From the NCBI GenBank assembly GCA_947085985.1, contig CAMTYL010000004.1, positions 1 through 59,546 of the forward strand: 59,546 bases of DNA, given 5' to 3'. The stretch comes from an uncultured bacterium. Lineage in GTDB: Bacteria > Patescibacteriota > Minisyncoccia > Phycocordibacterales > Phycocordibacteraceae. A model generated the notes under the pieces. That model ran no database searches and was not told where the DNA came from. It saw nothing but the letters and a program-made list of their open reading frames with translations. Of the stretch, positions 8,469-17,172 are shown piece after piece. The translations under genes and the position numbers were made by a program. How positions within the stretch are numbered: position 1 is the first letter of the stretch; every line of letters begins with the position of its first letter.

Positions 8469-10298
8469 ATGTGTGGCATCGTTGGTTACGTTGGAAAAAA
8501 GAACGCAGTGCCCTTTCTCATTGAGGGCCTAGCGGCACTTGAATATCGCGGATATGACTCTGCTGGAGTGTATGTCTCGGGCAAGGGTGCACTTAAAAGA
8601 ACGGGGAAAGTAGCAGTACTTAAGGAGGCCCTGCCTGCTGATTTCAGCGGTACCGCAGGGATTGCCCATACCCGATGGGCAACTCATGGATCTCCTTCAG
8701 AAAACAACGCGCACCCACACACCGACGCCTCAAAGAGTATTTGGCTCGTACATAACGGCATTATCGAAAACTATAAAGAGATCCGACATACTCTTGAATC
8801 CGAAGGAATCGTATTTACGTCAGAAACTGACACCGAAGCTCTCGCACAGCTGATCGGTAAGAAGTACAAGGATTTACCCATACTTGAAGATGCGGTTGCG
8901 GCAGCTCTTGCAGAAGTACGCGGAGCCTATGGCATCGCTGTTATTTCAACGACTGAGCCTGAAAAGATAGTTGCGGCTCGATTTGGGAGTCCTCTCCTTA
9001 TCGGCATTGGCGATGATGGATATTACATCGGCTCGGACGCAACCCCACTTCTTCCGTATACACGAAAGGTGGTGTATCTCGACGACGGAGAGTTAGCAGT
9101 ACTAACACCCAACGAGTACGCAATACTGTCGCAGGACAAGCATACGGTCTCAAAGGATATAGAGACATTGGATTGGGACATCGAGTCAGTTCAAAAGAAT
9201 GGATATGAACATTTCATGCTCAAAGAAATCATGGAGATTCCAGAGGTGCTGGAAAACACACTTCGCGGCAGACTAAACATAGAGGCGGGAACCATTCACC
9301 TAGGCGGTCTCAAGGACATGGAGGAGCAGTTACGAGCAGCAAAGCGCATTATCATTACTGGTTGTGGAAGCGCGTACTACGCGGGACTCGTGGGTGAACT
9401 TATGATTGAGGAGCTTGCAGGTATACCGGTGGAAACAGAAATTGCTTCTGAGTTCCGGTACCGAGCGTTCACCGCACCAACTGAGGGCACCATTCTTTTG
9501 GCCGTATCACAGTCCGGGGAAACAGCTGACACCCTAGAGGCCATCCGCGAAGCAAAGAAGCACGGACTACTGACACTCGGCATCGTAAACGCAGTGGGTT
9601 CCTCAATAGCGCGCGAGACAGACGCGGGCGTATACAACCACGCAGGCCCTGAGATTGGCGTGGCTTCCACCAAGGCATTTGTCTCCCAACTCACCGTGTT
9701 TGCAATGCTTGCGATTCATCTTCGGCGCCTGCGTGGAATAGATGCCGAGCAATCTCTCTCAAGCGAGCTACTACGAGAACTCACTCGACTTCCCGACTAT
9801 GCAAAGAATATTCTTGCCAAAAAAGCCGAGCTAGAAAAGATTGCTTCCTCATACAGCGATATGCGCGACACTCTCTTCATCGGTCGGAAGTTTCAATACC
9901 CTATTGCGTATGAAGGGGCACTCAAACTAAAGGAGATTTCATATATACACGCGGAAGCATACGGAGCCGGAGAAATGAAGCATGGACCTCTGGCGCTTAT
10001 TGATTCTTCGTTCCCTACCGTTGCGCTTGTGCCGCATGATTCTATGTACGAAAAGACTCTTTCCAACATACAAGAGATTAGAGCGCGTGGAGGAAAAATT
10101 ATAACCATCACAAGCGCAACAGATACACCGGAGCAGACAGGAGAAGAGTCAGTATTTACCGTTCCCAAAACGCACGAAGCGCTCTTTCCTATACTTACCA
10201 CTATTCCACTTCAGCTCTTTGCGTACCACGTAGCACTTGCACGCGGACTTCCCATAGACATGCCTCGTAACCTAGCAAAGTCGGTAACGGTTGAGTAA
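8469..10298 (+). CDS. glmS: glutamine--fructose-6-phosphate aminotransferase (isomerizing)
   Basis: Starts MCGIVGY (Ntn catalytic Cys2) at the internal ATG 8469. Two SIS domains, C-terminal KSVTVE. The ORF-track start at 8379 adds a non-homologous 30-aa leader. Confidence 0.95.
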   Translation: MCGIVGYVGKKNAVPFLIEGLAALEYRGYDSAGVYVSGKGALKRTGKVAVLKEALPADFSGTAGIAHTRWATHGSPSENNAHPHTDASKSIWLVHNGIIENYKEIRHTLESEGIVFTSETDTEALAQLIGKKYKDLPILEDAVAAALAEVRGAYGIAVISTTEPEKIVAARFGSPLLIGIGDDGYYIGSDATPLLPYTRKVVYLDDGELAVLTPNEYAILSQDKHTVSKDIETLDWDIESVQKNGYEHFMLKEIMEIPEVLENTLRGRLNIEAGTIHLGGLKDMEEQLRAAKRIIITGCGSAYYAGLVGELMIEELAGIPVETEIASEFRYRAFTAPTEGTILLAVSQSGETADTLEAIREAKKHGLLTLGIVNAVGSSIARETDAGVYNHAGPEIGVASTKAFVSQLTVFAMLAIHLRRLRGIDAEQSLSSELLRELTRLPDYAKNILAKKAELEKIASSYSDMRDTLFIGRKFQYPIAYEGALKLKEISYIHAEAYGAGEMKHGPLALIDSSFPTVALVPHDSMYEKTLSNIQEIRARGGKIITITSATDTPEQTGEESVFTVPKTHEALFPILTTIPLQLFAYHVALARGLPIDMPRNLAKSVTVE

Positions 10299-10319
10299 AG
10301 CAGTTTGCTTGCTTCGACC

Positions 10320-10362
10320 GCGCAAATGAAAAAGCCCCCAGAGGAGGCTTTTTCATTTGCGC
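10320..10362. terminator. bidirectional terminator (17-bp perfect stem)
   Basis: gcgcaaatgaaaaagcc ... ggctttttcatttgcgc, downstream of glmS. Confidence 0.75.
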
Positions 10363-10471
10363 GACCTCGTAGACAGAACTGGAACTGAGATTAGGAAAGC
10401 GTTGGCTGGGGGACAGTATGTATCTATAGCAAACAAAAAGTGCCGTCCGGGGTGAGCCGGACGGCGGTCTT

Positions 10472-11068
10472 CTAGGCCGTGCGAAACCTGCGTGCGCCAA
10501 CCCATTCGTCTCCTTCGGCTTTTGGGTAGGCATACCAGCCACGAGCACACCAGTTGTCCATCATGTGACAGAACGCAGCAAGCTCGTTCATGACACGGCG
10601 CTTACTCGAATAGTCCTTGTGCTCGCCCTCGACGTAGGTAAGGCCGTTGAGTTGCTCAGGGGTCAGGCAGATACCGTACTCGACAAGCTTCGCCTCGCGG
10701 AACGCCTTGAACTCTTCCTTGGTTGAGAGCCCTTCACGGTTCGAGGCACCGCCAGCGGCGTCCACGAGAATGCGCCAGGGCTTCTCGAGGTCGTGAAGGA
10801 AGAAGACGAGGAGTGCATCCGAGAGTGAGAACGGCAGAGGTCTATCGAACGACGCCATAAATGGGTACAGATGACGACCAAAATTCATGCCGTCGGTGAT
10901 GTGGTCGATGTAGCCGCCTTCCCACGTCTGATGGTTGTGTGTTGAGCCGCGGGCAGTCTCGAAGAGCGCGCGATGCTCAGCGAGAATCCTCTTGCAGGCG
11001 TCACGATTTGGTTCGTCGATGAGTTCAATTAGCTCATCCAGTGTCAAGTAGTCAGGCGATTTGCCCAT
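10472..11068 (-). CDS. HD-superfamily-like hypothetical protein
   Basis: 198 aa with H...HD-like arrangement (YIDHITD ... FFLHDLEKPW); a hairpin terminator lies just 3' (10441-10468). Confidence 0.45.
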   Translation of the reverse strand: MGKSPDYLTLDELIELIDEPNRDACKRILAEHRALFETARGSTHNHQTWEGGYIDHITDGMNFGRHLYPFMASFDRPLPFSLSDALLVFFLHDLEKPWRILVDAAGGASNREGLSTKEEFKAFREAKLVEYGICLTPEQLNGLTYVEGEHKDYSSKRRVMNELAAFCHMMDNWCARGWYAYPKAEGDEWVGARRFRTA

Positions 11069-11132
11069 GGCTCGGTTCCTTTCAAAGAGCTGTACTTACA
11101 GTACCAGCTCTACCCAAAGGTTCAACTTGAAC

Positions 11133-11164
11133 CAGAAAGACCGCCCATGTGGGCGGTCTTTCTG
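11133..11164 (-). terminator. rho-independent terminator after the tRNA pair
   Basis: cagaaagaccgccc-atgt-gggcggtctttctg, 15 nt downstream (minus strand) of tRNA-Asp. Confidence 0.75.
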
Positions 11165-11179
11165 TATTTCTGAACTTTG

Positions 11180-11253
11180 CGCGGTCGAAGGGACTTGAAC
11201 CCTCAACCTCCCGCGTGACAGGCGGGTGCTCTAACCAGTTGAGCTACGACCGC
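11180..11253 (-). tRNA. tRNA-Asp (anticodon GUC)
   Basis: Reverse complement: acceptor GCGGTCG/CGACCGC, anticodon arm CCCGC-CTGTCAC-GCGGG, T arm GAGGG-TTCAAGT-CCCTT. Confidence 0.9.
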
Positions 11254-11325
11254 ATTTTTAGACTGGAATTCGTATGACCCAGTACGCCTGAATATAGCCT
11301 GTATTCAGGCTCATGACAAGACGGG

Positions 11326-11398
11326 TGTCGAGGGTGAGGATTGAACTCACGACCGCAGCTTTATGAGTGCTGTGCTCTACCAACTGAGCTACCCCGAC
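11326..11398 (-). tRNA. tRNA with CAU anticodon (elongator Met or lysidine-type Ile2; not distinguishable by eye)
   Basis: Reverse complement: acceptor GTCGGGG/CCTCGAC (one G-U), D arm GCTC..GAGC, anticodon loop CTCATAA, T arm GTGAG-TTCAATC-CTCAC. Confidence 0.85.
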
Positions 11399-11524
11399 GA
11401 AAAGAGGGTACATGAAGTATAGCTTTTCTGTACTTCATGTCGCCCGAACGAGTCGCGGAAAGCCTGTATAGGCTTACCCCGACAATATATGCACCTTACT
11501 ACATCACTTGGTCGTATTCAACGC

Positions 11525-12214
11525 CTACAGGCTCAGAAGTCTCTCCGCTTTTTCAAGGTCCTCCGGAGCAGTCACCTGGATCCAGGACGTTGCAGGAACG
11601 GCATGAAGCGGAATATCGGCTGATTTTGCCGCTGCCAGCACCGTCTGCGGGAGTCCGTATTCGCTGCTCCCTATCGCTTTTGGCACCATCGGAAAATCAA
11701 ACACGCGTTCATCGAGCACAAAAAGATTTGTGTTCATAAATCCGTGAGTACCATGATGTTCACCCTCCACAATATCTAAGACCAAATCGCCTTCTCCCAT
11801 AATTGCCTTGCCACCTGAAGCCATGTGCATTGTTTCTTCTAACACCACTGACCAGTCAGGTGTTGCGCAGGCACGCAGTACATCCTCAGTTCCGTACAAG
11901 TCGTCCCCCATCATCACGATAAAGCGTCCGGTGATGTGTGGCTTCGTTAGAGCAACGGCACCCATGGTTCCATTCAAGTCCTCCTGGTGCACGTAGGTAA
12001 TCTTTCTTCCTGCGTACTCGCTGCCAAATGCCTCGCGTATAACCTCACCCAAGTAACCAATGACAAAAATGACCTCGTCAATCTCTGGCGGAAGAATATC
12101 AAGCTTGTGATGAAGGAGTGATTTTCCGTTCACCATAAGCATTGGCTTAGGAATGGAGTCAGTGAGTGAACCCATTCGTGTCCCACGCCCAGAAGCTAGG
12201 ATAACTGCCTGCAT
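11525..12214 (-). CDS. sugar-phosphate nucleotidyltransferase (NTP_transferase family)
   Basis: N-terminal AVILASGRGTRMGSLTDSIPKPML signature of glucose/mannose-1-phosphate nucleotidyltransferases. Confidence 0.8.
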   Translation of the reverse strand: MQAVILASGRGTRMGSLTDSIPKPMLMVNGKSLLHHKLDILPPEIDEVIFVIGYLGEVIREAFGSEYAGRKITYVHQEDLNGTMGAVALTKPHITGRFIVMMGDDLYGTEDVLRACATPDWSVVLEETMHMASGGKAIMGEGDLVLDIVEGEHHGTHGFMNTNLFVLDERVFDFPMVPKAIGSSEYGLPQTVLAAAKSADIPLHAVPATSWIQVTAPEDLEKAERLLSL

Positions 12215-12221
12215 ACAAACA

Positions 12222-13139
12222 CTACTTCACTTCAACCGAAGCATTTACGGCGTCTGGCGTCTCCACGGTGGACGCGCCCTCTGAAGCATTCCACACGACA
12301 AATACGAGTGCGGCTGCGATTACCAGCAGTCCACCGACAATAATTTCAATAAACTGAATCCGTGCGTGCACGAAAATCGCCACGAGAAGGAGAAGTGTGA
12401 ACAATCCCGCAAGACCTGTCAGCACATAGGCCGTAGTGCTCATCGGAGAGGCTGCTACACGTTGAAACATTTCTTCCACTGACGCCGGACCAGTCGTTGC
12501 TCCAAGGACCTGCGCATTAGCACCCGCAACCGCTACCTTAACACCACCCGGTACTTCTGCACCTTTCTTTGGAGTGGCGAAGAATTGCACCGCAAAGGTA
12601 GTCTCCTTTCCTTCAAACATTCCTTTGGCTACCCCAACACCAATACGCGTGTATTCACGCTTCACAATGTTTGCGCGGTGTGTTGGCGACGCCATCCAAG
12701 CCTCCTGCACCTCTCTTGAATCATTAAAATCTACGGCGAGGTTCTCTCCCGCATAGCTGTATGGATAGCCCACTTGCTCCAACCAATACCAGGGTGTCTT
12801 CCCGTCTGGAGATACGTGCGAGAAGTAGCCCTCTTCCGCCATGTGTTCTGCCTTTAATTGCGCGGCCTTCGTCAGAAGCTCGTCGCTTTCTAATTGCGCG
12901 AGTCCCTGTGCAACACGATCCTCGTTTGTAAGTAATGTCACTACTGACGGAAGTACTGAGGCGAGAAAACCGGGATTAGATTGCGCAAAACGTGAACCAA
13001 GCACATAGGCACCCTGCACCAACACGACGAGCGCCAGGGCGAACGCTACGCCGCCTGCAGTAAGGAGTAGGGGCTTGTACCCGTTTCCGCTATGCGGAAG
13101 TACGAAGTCCTTTAGTTTTCTGGCTCGGCGCTTTTTCAT
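12222..13139 (-). CDS. membrane-anchored CAP/SCP (YkwD-like) domain protein
   Basis: N-terminal TM helix, CAP-domain blocks (HMAEEGYFSHVSPDG, AGENLA, AWMASPTHRANI, RIGVG), C-terminal TM helices. Confidence 0.7.
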   Translation of the reverse strand: MKKRRARKLKDFVLPHSGNGYKPLLLTAGGVAFALALVVLVQGAYVLGSRFAQSNPGFLASVLPSVVTLLTNEDRVAQGLAQLESDELLTKAAQLKAEHMAEEGYFSHVSPDGKTPWYWLEQVGYPYSYAGENLAVDFNDSREVQEAWMASPTHRANIVKREYTRIGVGVAKGMFEGKETTFAVQFFATPKKGAEVPGGVKVAVAGANAQVLGATTGPASVEEMFQRVAASPMSTTAYVLTGLAGLFTLLLLVAIFVHARIQFIEIIVGGLLVIAAALVFVVWNASEGASTVETPDAVNASVEVK

Positions 13140-13184
13140 ACCTAAATCATACGGCTATCGCCAGATAAATACTAACCGTAGCTA

Positions 13185-14342
13185 CTACTGACGCAAGGCG
13201 AACAATCGCTTCAGCTCCTCCAGCTGTGCAGTCAGAAGTGCAATCTGTGCCTGTGCGCTCATACTAGTCGCATTACCACTGAGAGCTGATCTAGTGAGCG
13301 GCCCCACATACCCTGTCTGAGGAAGCATCTGTGACGCCTGGAACGCAACAACGGAGGCTCTTGTTACCGGCCCAAAATAACCAGTTGAGGCTTCGCTAAA
13401 AAAGCCCCGTTCGCGAAGGAGGTCCTGTAGAGCACTCACATCTATGCCCTTAGCTCCTATGGTGAGGTCAGAGCTAAAATTATACGTACTTGCACCAAGC
13501 ACCCTACCCACAAAACTCTGTGTGTCTGGTGTAGAAATTCTGGAACTTCTTCCTCCCCCGCCTGATGACCTATGGAACACTTCAACAGTTCGAGTCACGG
13601 ACTCGGCCACATTCCCCGCAGCATCCGTTGCGCTGTAGGTAATGGTGTACTCTCCATCGGTAGCGGTGTCTACATTGCCGCTTACTACTACCGCGACAGT
13701 CCCGTCCATGTTGTCTGTGGCTGAGGCACCCGCGTCTACATATACCTCTCCTGAGCGCACTCTCACCCTAGCGTCTCCTGCTCTTGTAATCACTGGCGCT
13801 TCCTTATCGATATGAGTGATGGCAACCGTAGACGTTGCTATGTTTCCGGCTTCGTCAGTTGCTACAAAATCAAAGCTTCCGTTTTCACTAAACTCGTGAC
13901 TTTCCACATTTAAGGTTCCTTCGTTAACAGAGACGGAGACAGTCACGGGCGCATTAGTTGACGATGTGGCGTACGAGCCAATAGTTATGACTGGGGGCGT
14001 TCTATCAATATTGTCTACGGTGACGGTAGAACTGCCGGTGGCTCCATCCTCGTCATGGAACGTAAATACGAACTGTCCATTTTCGGTGAACGTATAATTG
14101 TCGGATTGAAGGGGCGTATCAATAGTGTAGTTCTTTCCAAAACTCTCAACTGAAATAACAACGGTTACGTTGTGCTGCGTTTTAATGTTTGGAGAAACAA
14201 ACTCACCGTTTACTTTCACTGCAATGCCGCTTACGTAGGGAGCTACTCCGCTTGAGGTAAACGTAGTGCCGGCGTAGGTCACGAAGGGCACTCCCAGAAG
14301 AAGTATAGATAGTGGAACCACATGCAAGACAAGGAGTCTCAT
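13185..14342 (-). CDS. secreted Ig-like (DUF5011/HYR-like) repeat protein with C-terminal peptidoglycan-binding domain
   Basis: Signal peptide. Repeated Ig-like segments (DAGASATDNMDGTV...YTITYSATDAAGNVA). PG_binding_1-like end (DVSALQDLL...GYFGPVTRASVVAFQ). Confidence 0.6.
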   Translation of the reverse strand: MRLLVLHVVPLSILLLGVPFVTYAGTTFTSSGVAPYVSGIAVKVNGEFVSPNIKTQHNVTVVISVESFGKNYTIDTPLQSDNYTFTENGQFVFTFHDEDGATGSSTVTVDNIDRTPPVITIGSYATSSTNAPVTVSVSVNEGTLNVESHEFSENGSFDFVATDEAGNIATSTVAITHIDKEAPVITRAGDARVRVRSGEVYVDAGASATDNMDGTVAVVVSGNVDTATDGEYTITYSATDAAGNVAESVTRTVEVFHRSSGGGGRSSRISTPDTQSFVGRVLGASTYNFSSDLTIGAKGIDVSALQDLLRERGFFSEASTGYFGPVTRASVVAFQASQMLPQTGYVGPLTRSALSGNATSMSAQAQIALLTAQLEELKRLFALRQ

Positions 14343-14403
14343 AGGACCAGATGGTGTCTAAACTATACCACTTGGTCAGGCTGCGCAATGATACTATTAC
14401 CAT

Positions 14404-15207
14404 ATGCCCCTACTGCGGTATGTGCTCCTTTTGGCACTACTCATTCCTGCCGGCAGTGCCTATGCCGCCTCCCTGCCCGCAGGATTTGCCCCCGGCTCAC
14501 TGTGGCTGTCGCAAAGTGCCCCTGTTGCTGGTAGCAATGTGCGACTGTACGCAGTTATGTATAACGCTGGCTCTACAGGCATAGAGGGCTCGGTCACTTT
14601 TAGAGTTGGCGGGAGCTCGGTTGGCTCTTCTCCGTTTAGCCTAGAGCCAGGCGAAAGTGAAATTGAGTCAGTCGTTTGGACCCCCACCGAAGGAGCACAC
14701 GAGATTAGTGCAGAGATAACGAGTGTAATAGACAGAAAGACAAAAGAATCAGCCTCTGTCACGAGTACAACGGCTGCAACGGTATCAGTCACGGTTTCTC
14801 CCGCACCCCCAAAGCCAGCAGCCGTAGTGGCAATTGATTCCGCCCAAACGATAGCGGCTTCTTCAAGTCCTATTGTGGCTGCCGTTGTAGGCGCTACTAC
14901 CGGCACCACGGAAACCATCCGCAAAGCTGGCGAGGATTATCTCGCAACTCTTGCAGGAGAAAAACAGCCAACTACTGCTGCGAGCACCACGAGCAAGGCA
15001 GGTTCTGTGCTTGGTGCCGCCACAGAAATTCCCGAAGAAGATATTGCGACCAGCACAGCCTCAGGCGGATACATGCAAAGTATTGCCAAAGCTCTGCTTC
15101 CAATCTTTCGCTACCCTGCTCTTTTCTACCCAGTTTTCTTTTTCATACTGCTCTTTCTGTTATGGATTGTGGCCAAGCGTCTTCGCAACCCGAAGAGACG
15201 CAGATAG
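14404..15207 (+). CDS. secreted CARDB-like domain protein with C-terminal membrane anchor
   Basis: Signal peptide (ALLIPAGSAYAAS), beta-rich domain, Thr/Ala-rich linker, terminal TM helix plus a basic tail. Confidence 0.5.
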   Translation: MPLLRYVLLLALLIPAGSAYAASLPAGFAPGSLWLSQSAPVAGSNVRLYAVMYNAGSTGIEGSVTFRVGGSSVGSSPFSLEPGESEIESVVWTPTEGAHEISAEITSVIDRKTKESASVTSTTAATVSVTVSPAPPKPAAVVAIDSAQTIAASSSPIVAAVVGATTGTTETIRKAGEDYLATLAGEKQPTTAASTTSKAGSVLGAATEIPEEDIATSTASGGYMQSIAKALLPIFRYPALFYPVFFFILLFLLWIVAKRLRNPKRRR

Positions 15208-15257
15208 TAAAAGCCCCGCGTGCGCGAGGCTTTTACTTCAACTCAACAAGAGAGTGA

Positions 15258-15686
15258 TTACTTCTTCATCTTCTTATCAAGTGACCACTTTCCAGGGCCC
15301 GTGATCATAAGTGAGAAGGACGCGGCAAAGATGAGCAGAATAAATTCGTACCCACCTGCTGACATAAAGAATCCGTTCTTTAGGTGTACGAGCACGAGTG
15401 CGACGAGTGCGACGAGTGCCAGAATCTTTGCAACCCAGTGAGTGTAGAGACCAAGGATGAGCATGATACCTCCACCAAGCTCTGCTGCGATGAGTAGCAC
15501 CGCAAAGAGCTCTGGGGCTGGGAAACCAAGCGTTCCCAGGAATCCCGAAACGCCAGGCACGCCGCTCTGAAGCTTCTGCCAACCGTGCATCGCAAAGATG
15601 GCACCCGTGGCAACACGAAGCACGAGAGGAGCGGCGTCGTGCCACTTGTCTCCGCACACACAATTAAGAATATTTCGCATGAACAT
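15258..15686 (-). CDS. DoxX family membrane protein
   Basis: LRVATGAIFAMHGWQKL and four TM helices. Start moved to an internal Met because the track start at 15761 overlaps the terminator of the upstream gene. Confidence 0.7.
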   Translation of the reverse strand: MFMRNILNCVCGDKWHDAAPLVLRVATGAIFAMHGWQKLQSGVPGVSGFLGTLGFPAPELFAVLLIAAELGGGIMLILGLYTHWVAKILALVALVALVLVHLKNGFFMSAGGYEFILLIFAASFSLMITGPGKWSLDKKMKK

Positions 15687-15759
15687 ACTGTTATATAAGG
15701 GTAATACGGTAAGTGTACCCCACCCCAAACACCAGATAGGCTGTGGAGTGCACAAATGC

Positions 15760-15783
15760 AAAAACCACCCAAAGGTGGTTTTT
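15760..15783 (-). terminator. rho-independent terminator
   Basis: aaaaaccacc-caaa-ggtggttttt, downstream of gene 15849-16703. Confidence 0.7.
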
Positions 15784-15848
15784 GCTGCTGGTTGCGCTGG
15801 TAGGACGAGATTGGCGCTAGATTACGGAACAACGACTAATTTTCTCCA

Positions 15849-16703
15849 TTAGCGAGACGAAAGGGTGATATTTAGGTCGTCTCCTATTAAACTAAATGTG
15901 TTGGCGCGCTCACAGTACTCAATCTCTCCCCGCGAATTAGTTCTGAGTTCTAGTGCTCCTTTTGTGTAAATGCTCCCGTTATCTCCTATTAGTGATGGTG
16001 ACAGTCTCACTGTCTTACCTGTCGCAATTCTGCCTGCAGTGTCCTTCACGATAAAAATTTGACAGTCGTTCTCCTTGCCTCCTAGGGTTGCTGTGTACTT
16101 CTTAAGTGCATAAAGAATACCGTACTGATCATCGTACTGAGACTTATCCTCCGAAGTTGCTGTTATCTTATAATCGTATTCCCTACTCTCCACAAGGTCA
16201 GTTGCTTCAATCTTATGATCGGTGTTTAATCCCCCTTCGGATTCAAAAACCCTCCCTTCCCCATTATCAAAGATCAGGCGTGACTTTGCGGGAATAGTCG
16301 TTGCCCACGTAACAACAGCGGTATTGCCTTTTGTGGTACTTTTTATGTTTTCTATATGAAGTGCGGTCTTTACTGAACCCACCGACGGTCCTGCCACGGC
16401 TTCTTCCTTTGCATTTTGAATTGGAGCTGTCGAGGTTGTAACTGCTCTTTTTACAACCTGATTAATCATTGCGGTGACAGCCTTTGGTTTCTCTGCTCCC
16501 TGTTCACTGTATTGCTCACCGAACATTTGGTCCTGCTCGCTCACTTGTTGGTAAGTAGGTTCGGGAGAATTTGACTTAAAAGGACTTGGAATATGAGGCG
16601 CCGCAAGTGCTCCTATAGCAAAAACTCCTACAAGCAACCCTGTGCCGATACTGTAAAGTGCCCACTTGGGAAGGTGTTCGTATGAGAGGGTCTTTATTTT
16701 CAT
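15849..16703 (-). CDS. membrane-anchored extracellular beta-rich protein, unknown function
   Basis: 284 aa, N-terminal TM helix, no recognisable catalytic motif. Confidence 0.5.
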   Translation of the reverse strand: MKIKTLSYEHLPKWALYSIGTGLLVGVFAIGALAAPHIPSPFKSNSPEPTYQQVSEQDQMFGEQYSEQGAEKPKAVTAMINQVVKRAVTTSTAPIQNAKEEAVAGPSVGSVKTALHIENIKSTTKGNTAVVTWATTIPAKSRLIFDNGEGRVFESEGGLNTDHKIEATDLVESREYDYKITATSEDKSQYDDQYGILYALKKYTATLGGKENDCQIFIVKDTAGRIATGKTVRLSPSLIGDNGSIYTKGALELRTNSRGEIEYCERANTFSLIGDDLNITLSSR

Positions 16704-16792
16704 AGTGTTATGGACGCAATAATTATACCCTTACAGCCCAGTTGAAACCTAAAGAAAGCGTGACCACTTTCTTTAAAGCAATATGCCCAAAA

Positions 16793-16820
16793 GTTAAAGC
16801 CACCCAAGGGTGGCTTTAAC
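16793..16820 (-). terminator. rho-independent terminator of the intron-containing tRNA
   Basis: gttaaagccaccc-aa-gggtggctttaac, 4 nt beyond the encoded CCA end. Confidence 0.7.
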
Positions 16821-16823
16821 TGC

Positions 16824-17115
16824 TGGTTGCGGGGCCCAGAATCGAACTGGGGTCTGGAGGTTATGCTTACCACTACAATTTTCATTGCCCCTTGCGGGTT
16901 TGCGGTCTGGACTATGCCTTCACCCCAAAGGGGTGCCTACCGTCTAGTCTCTACACCTTCCGATTCTCTTTCGAAAAAAGGCTTGGCTCGGCATTGCCTT
17001 TCATTCTCGCGAATGTGAGGGTTTCACCGAATTTGGCAGGTAATCTTACACAGAATTGCTCCTATGCACGCCCGAATTGTTCAAGCCTCCCGAGGTACCT
17101 CTCCTCTACCCCGCT
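16824..17115 (-). tRNA. tRNA (anticodon CAU, initiator-like features) interrupted by a group I intron; exons 17115-17084 and 16865-16824
   Basis: 5' exon AGCGGGG-TA-GAGG-AGAGGTA-CCTC-G-GGAGG-CT. 3' exon CATAA-CCTCC-AGAC-CCCAG-TTCGATT-CTGGG-CCCCGCA-A-CCA. The spliced product is a 74-nt cloverleaf with loop CUCAUAA. It has A11:U24 and an unpaired 1:72 position (A/A), both initiator-like. Confidence 0.8.
16866..17083 (-). ncRNA. group I intron (IC3-like, about 218 nt, no ORF) in the anticodon loop
   Basis: Begins right after a U (GGAGGCU|) and ends in G (..GGUAAG|CAUAA). Contains core blocks I recall from the Azoarcus/cyanobacterial tRNA introns: CAAAUUCGGUGAAACC, GGCAAUGCCGAGCCAAGC, GAAGGUGUAGAGACUAGACGG. 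Confidence 0.75.
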
Positions 17116-17172
17116 ATCCAATAAGTATACATACTATATGGTCAATAGCAATACATCTATTGGAACCAGTAT

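Noticed and set aside
15687-15761. N-terminal extension of the DoxX gene
   Set aside because: It overlaps the terminator hairpin of the upstream gene (15760-15783), and the extension has no DoxX-like sequence.
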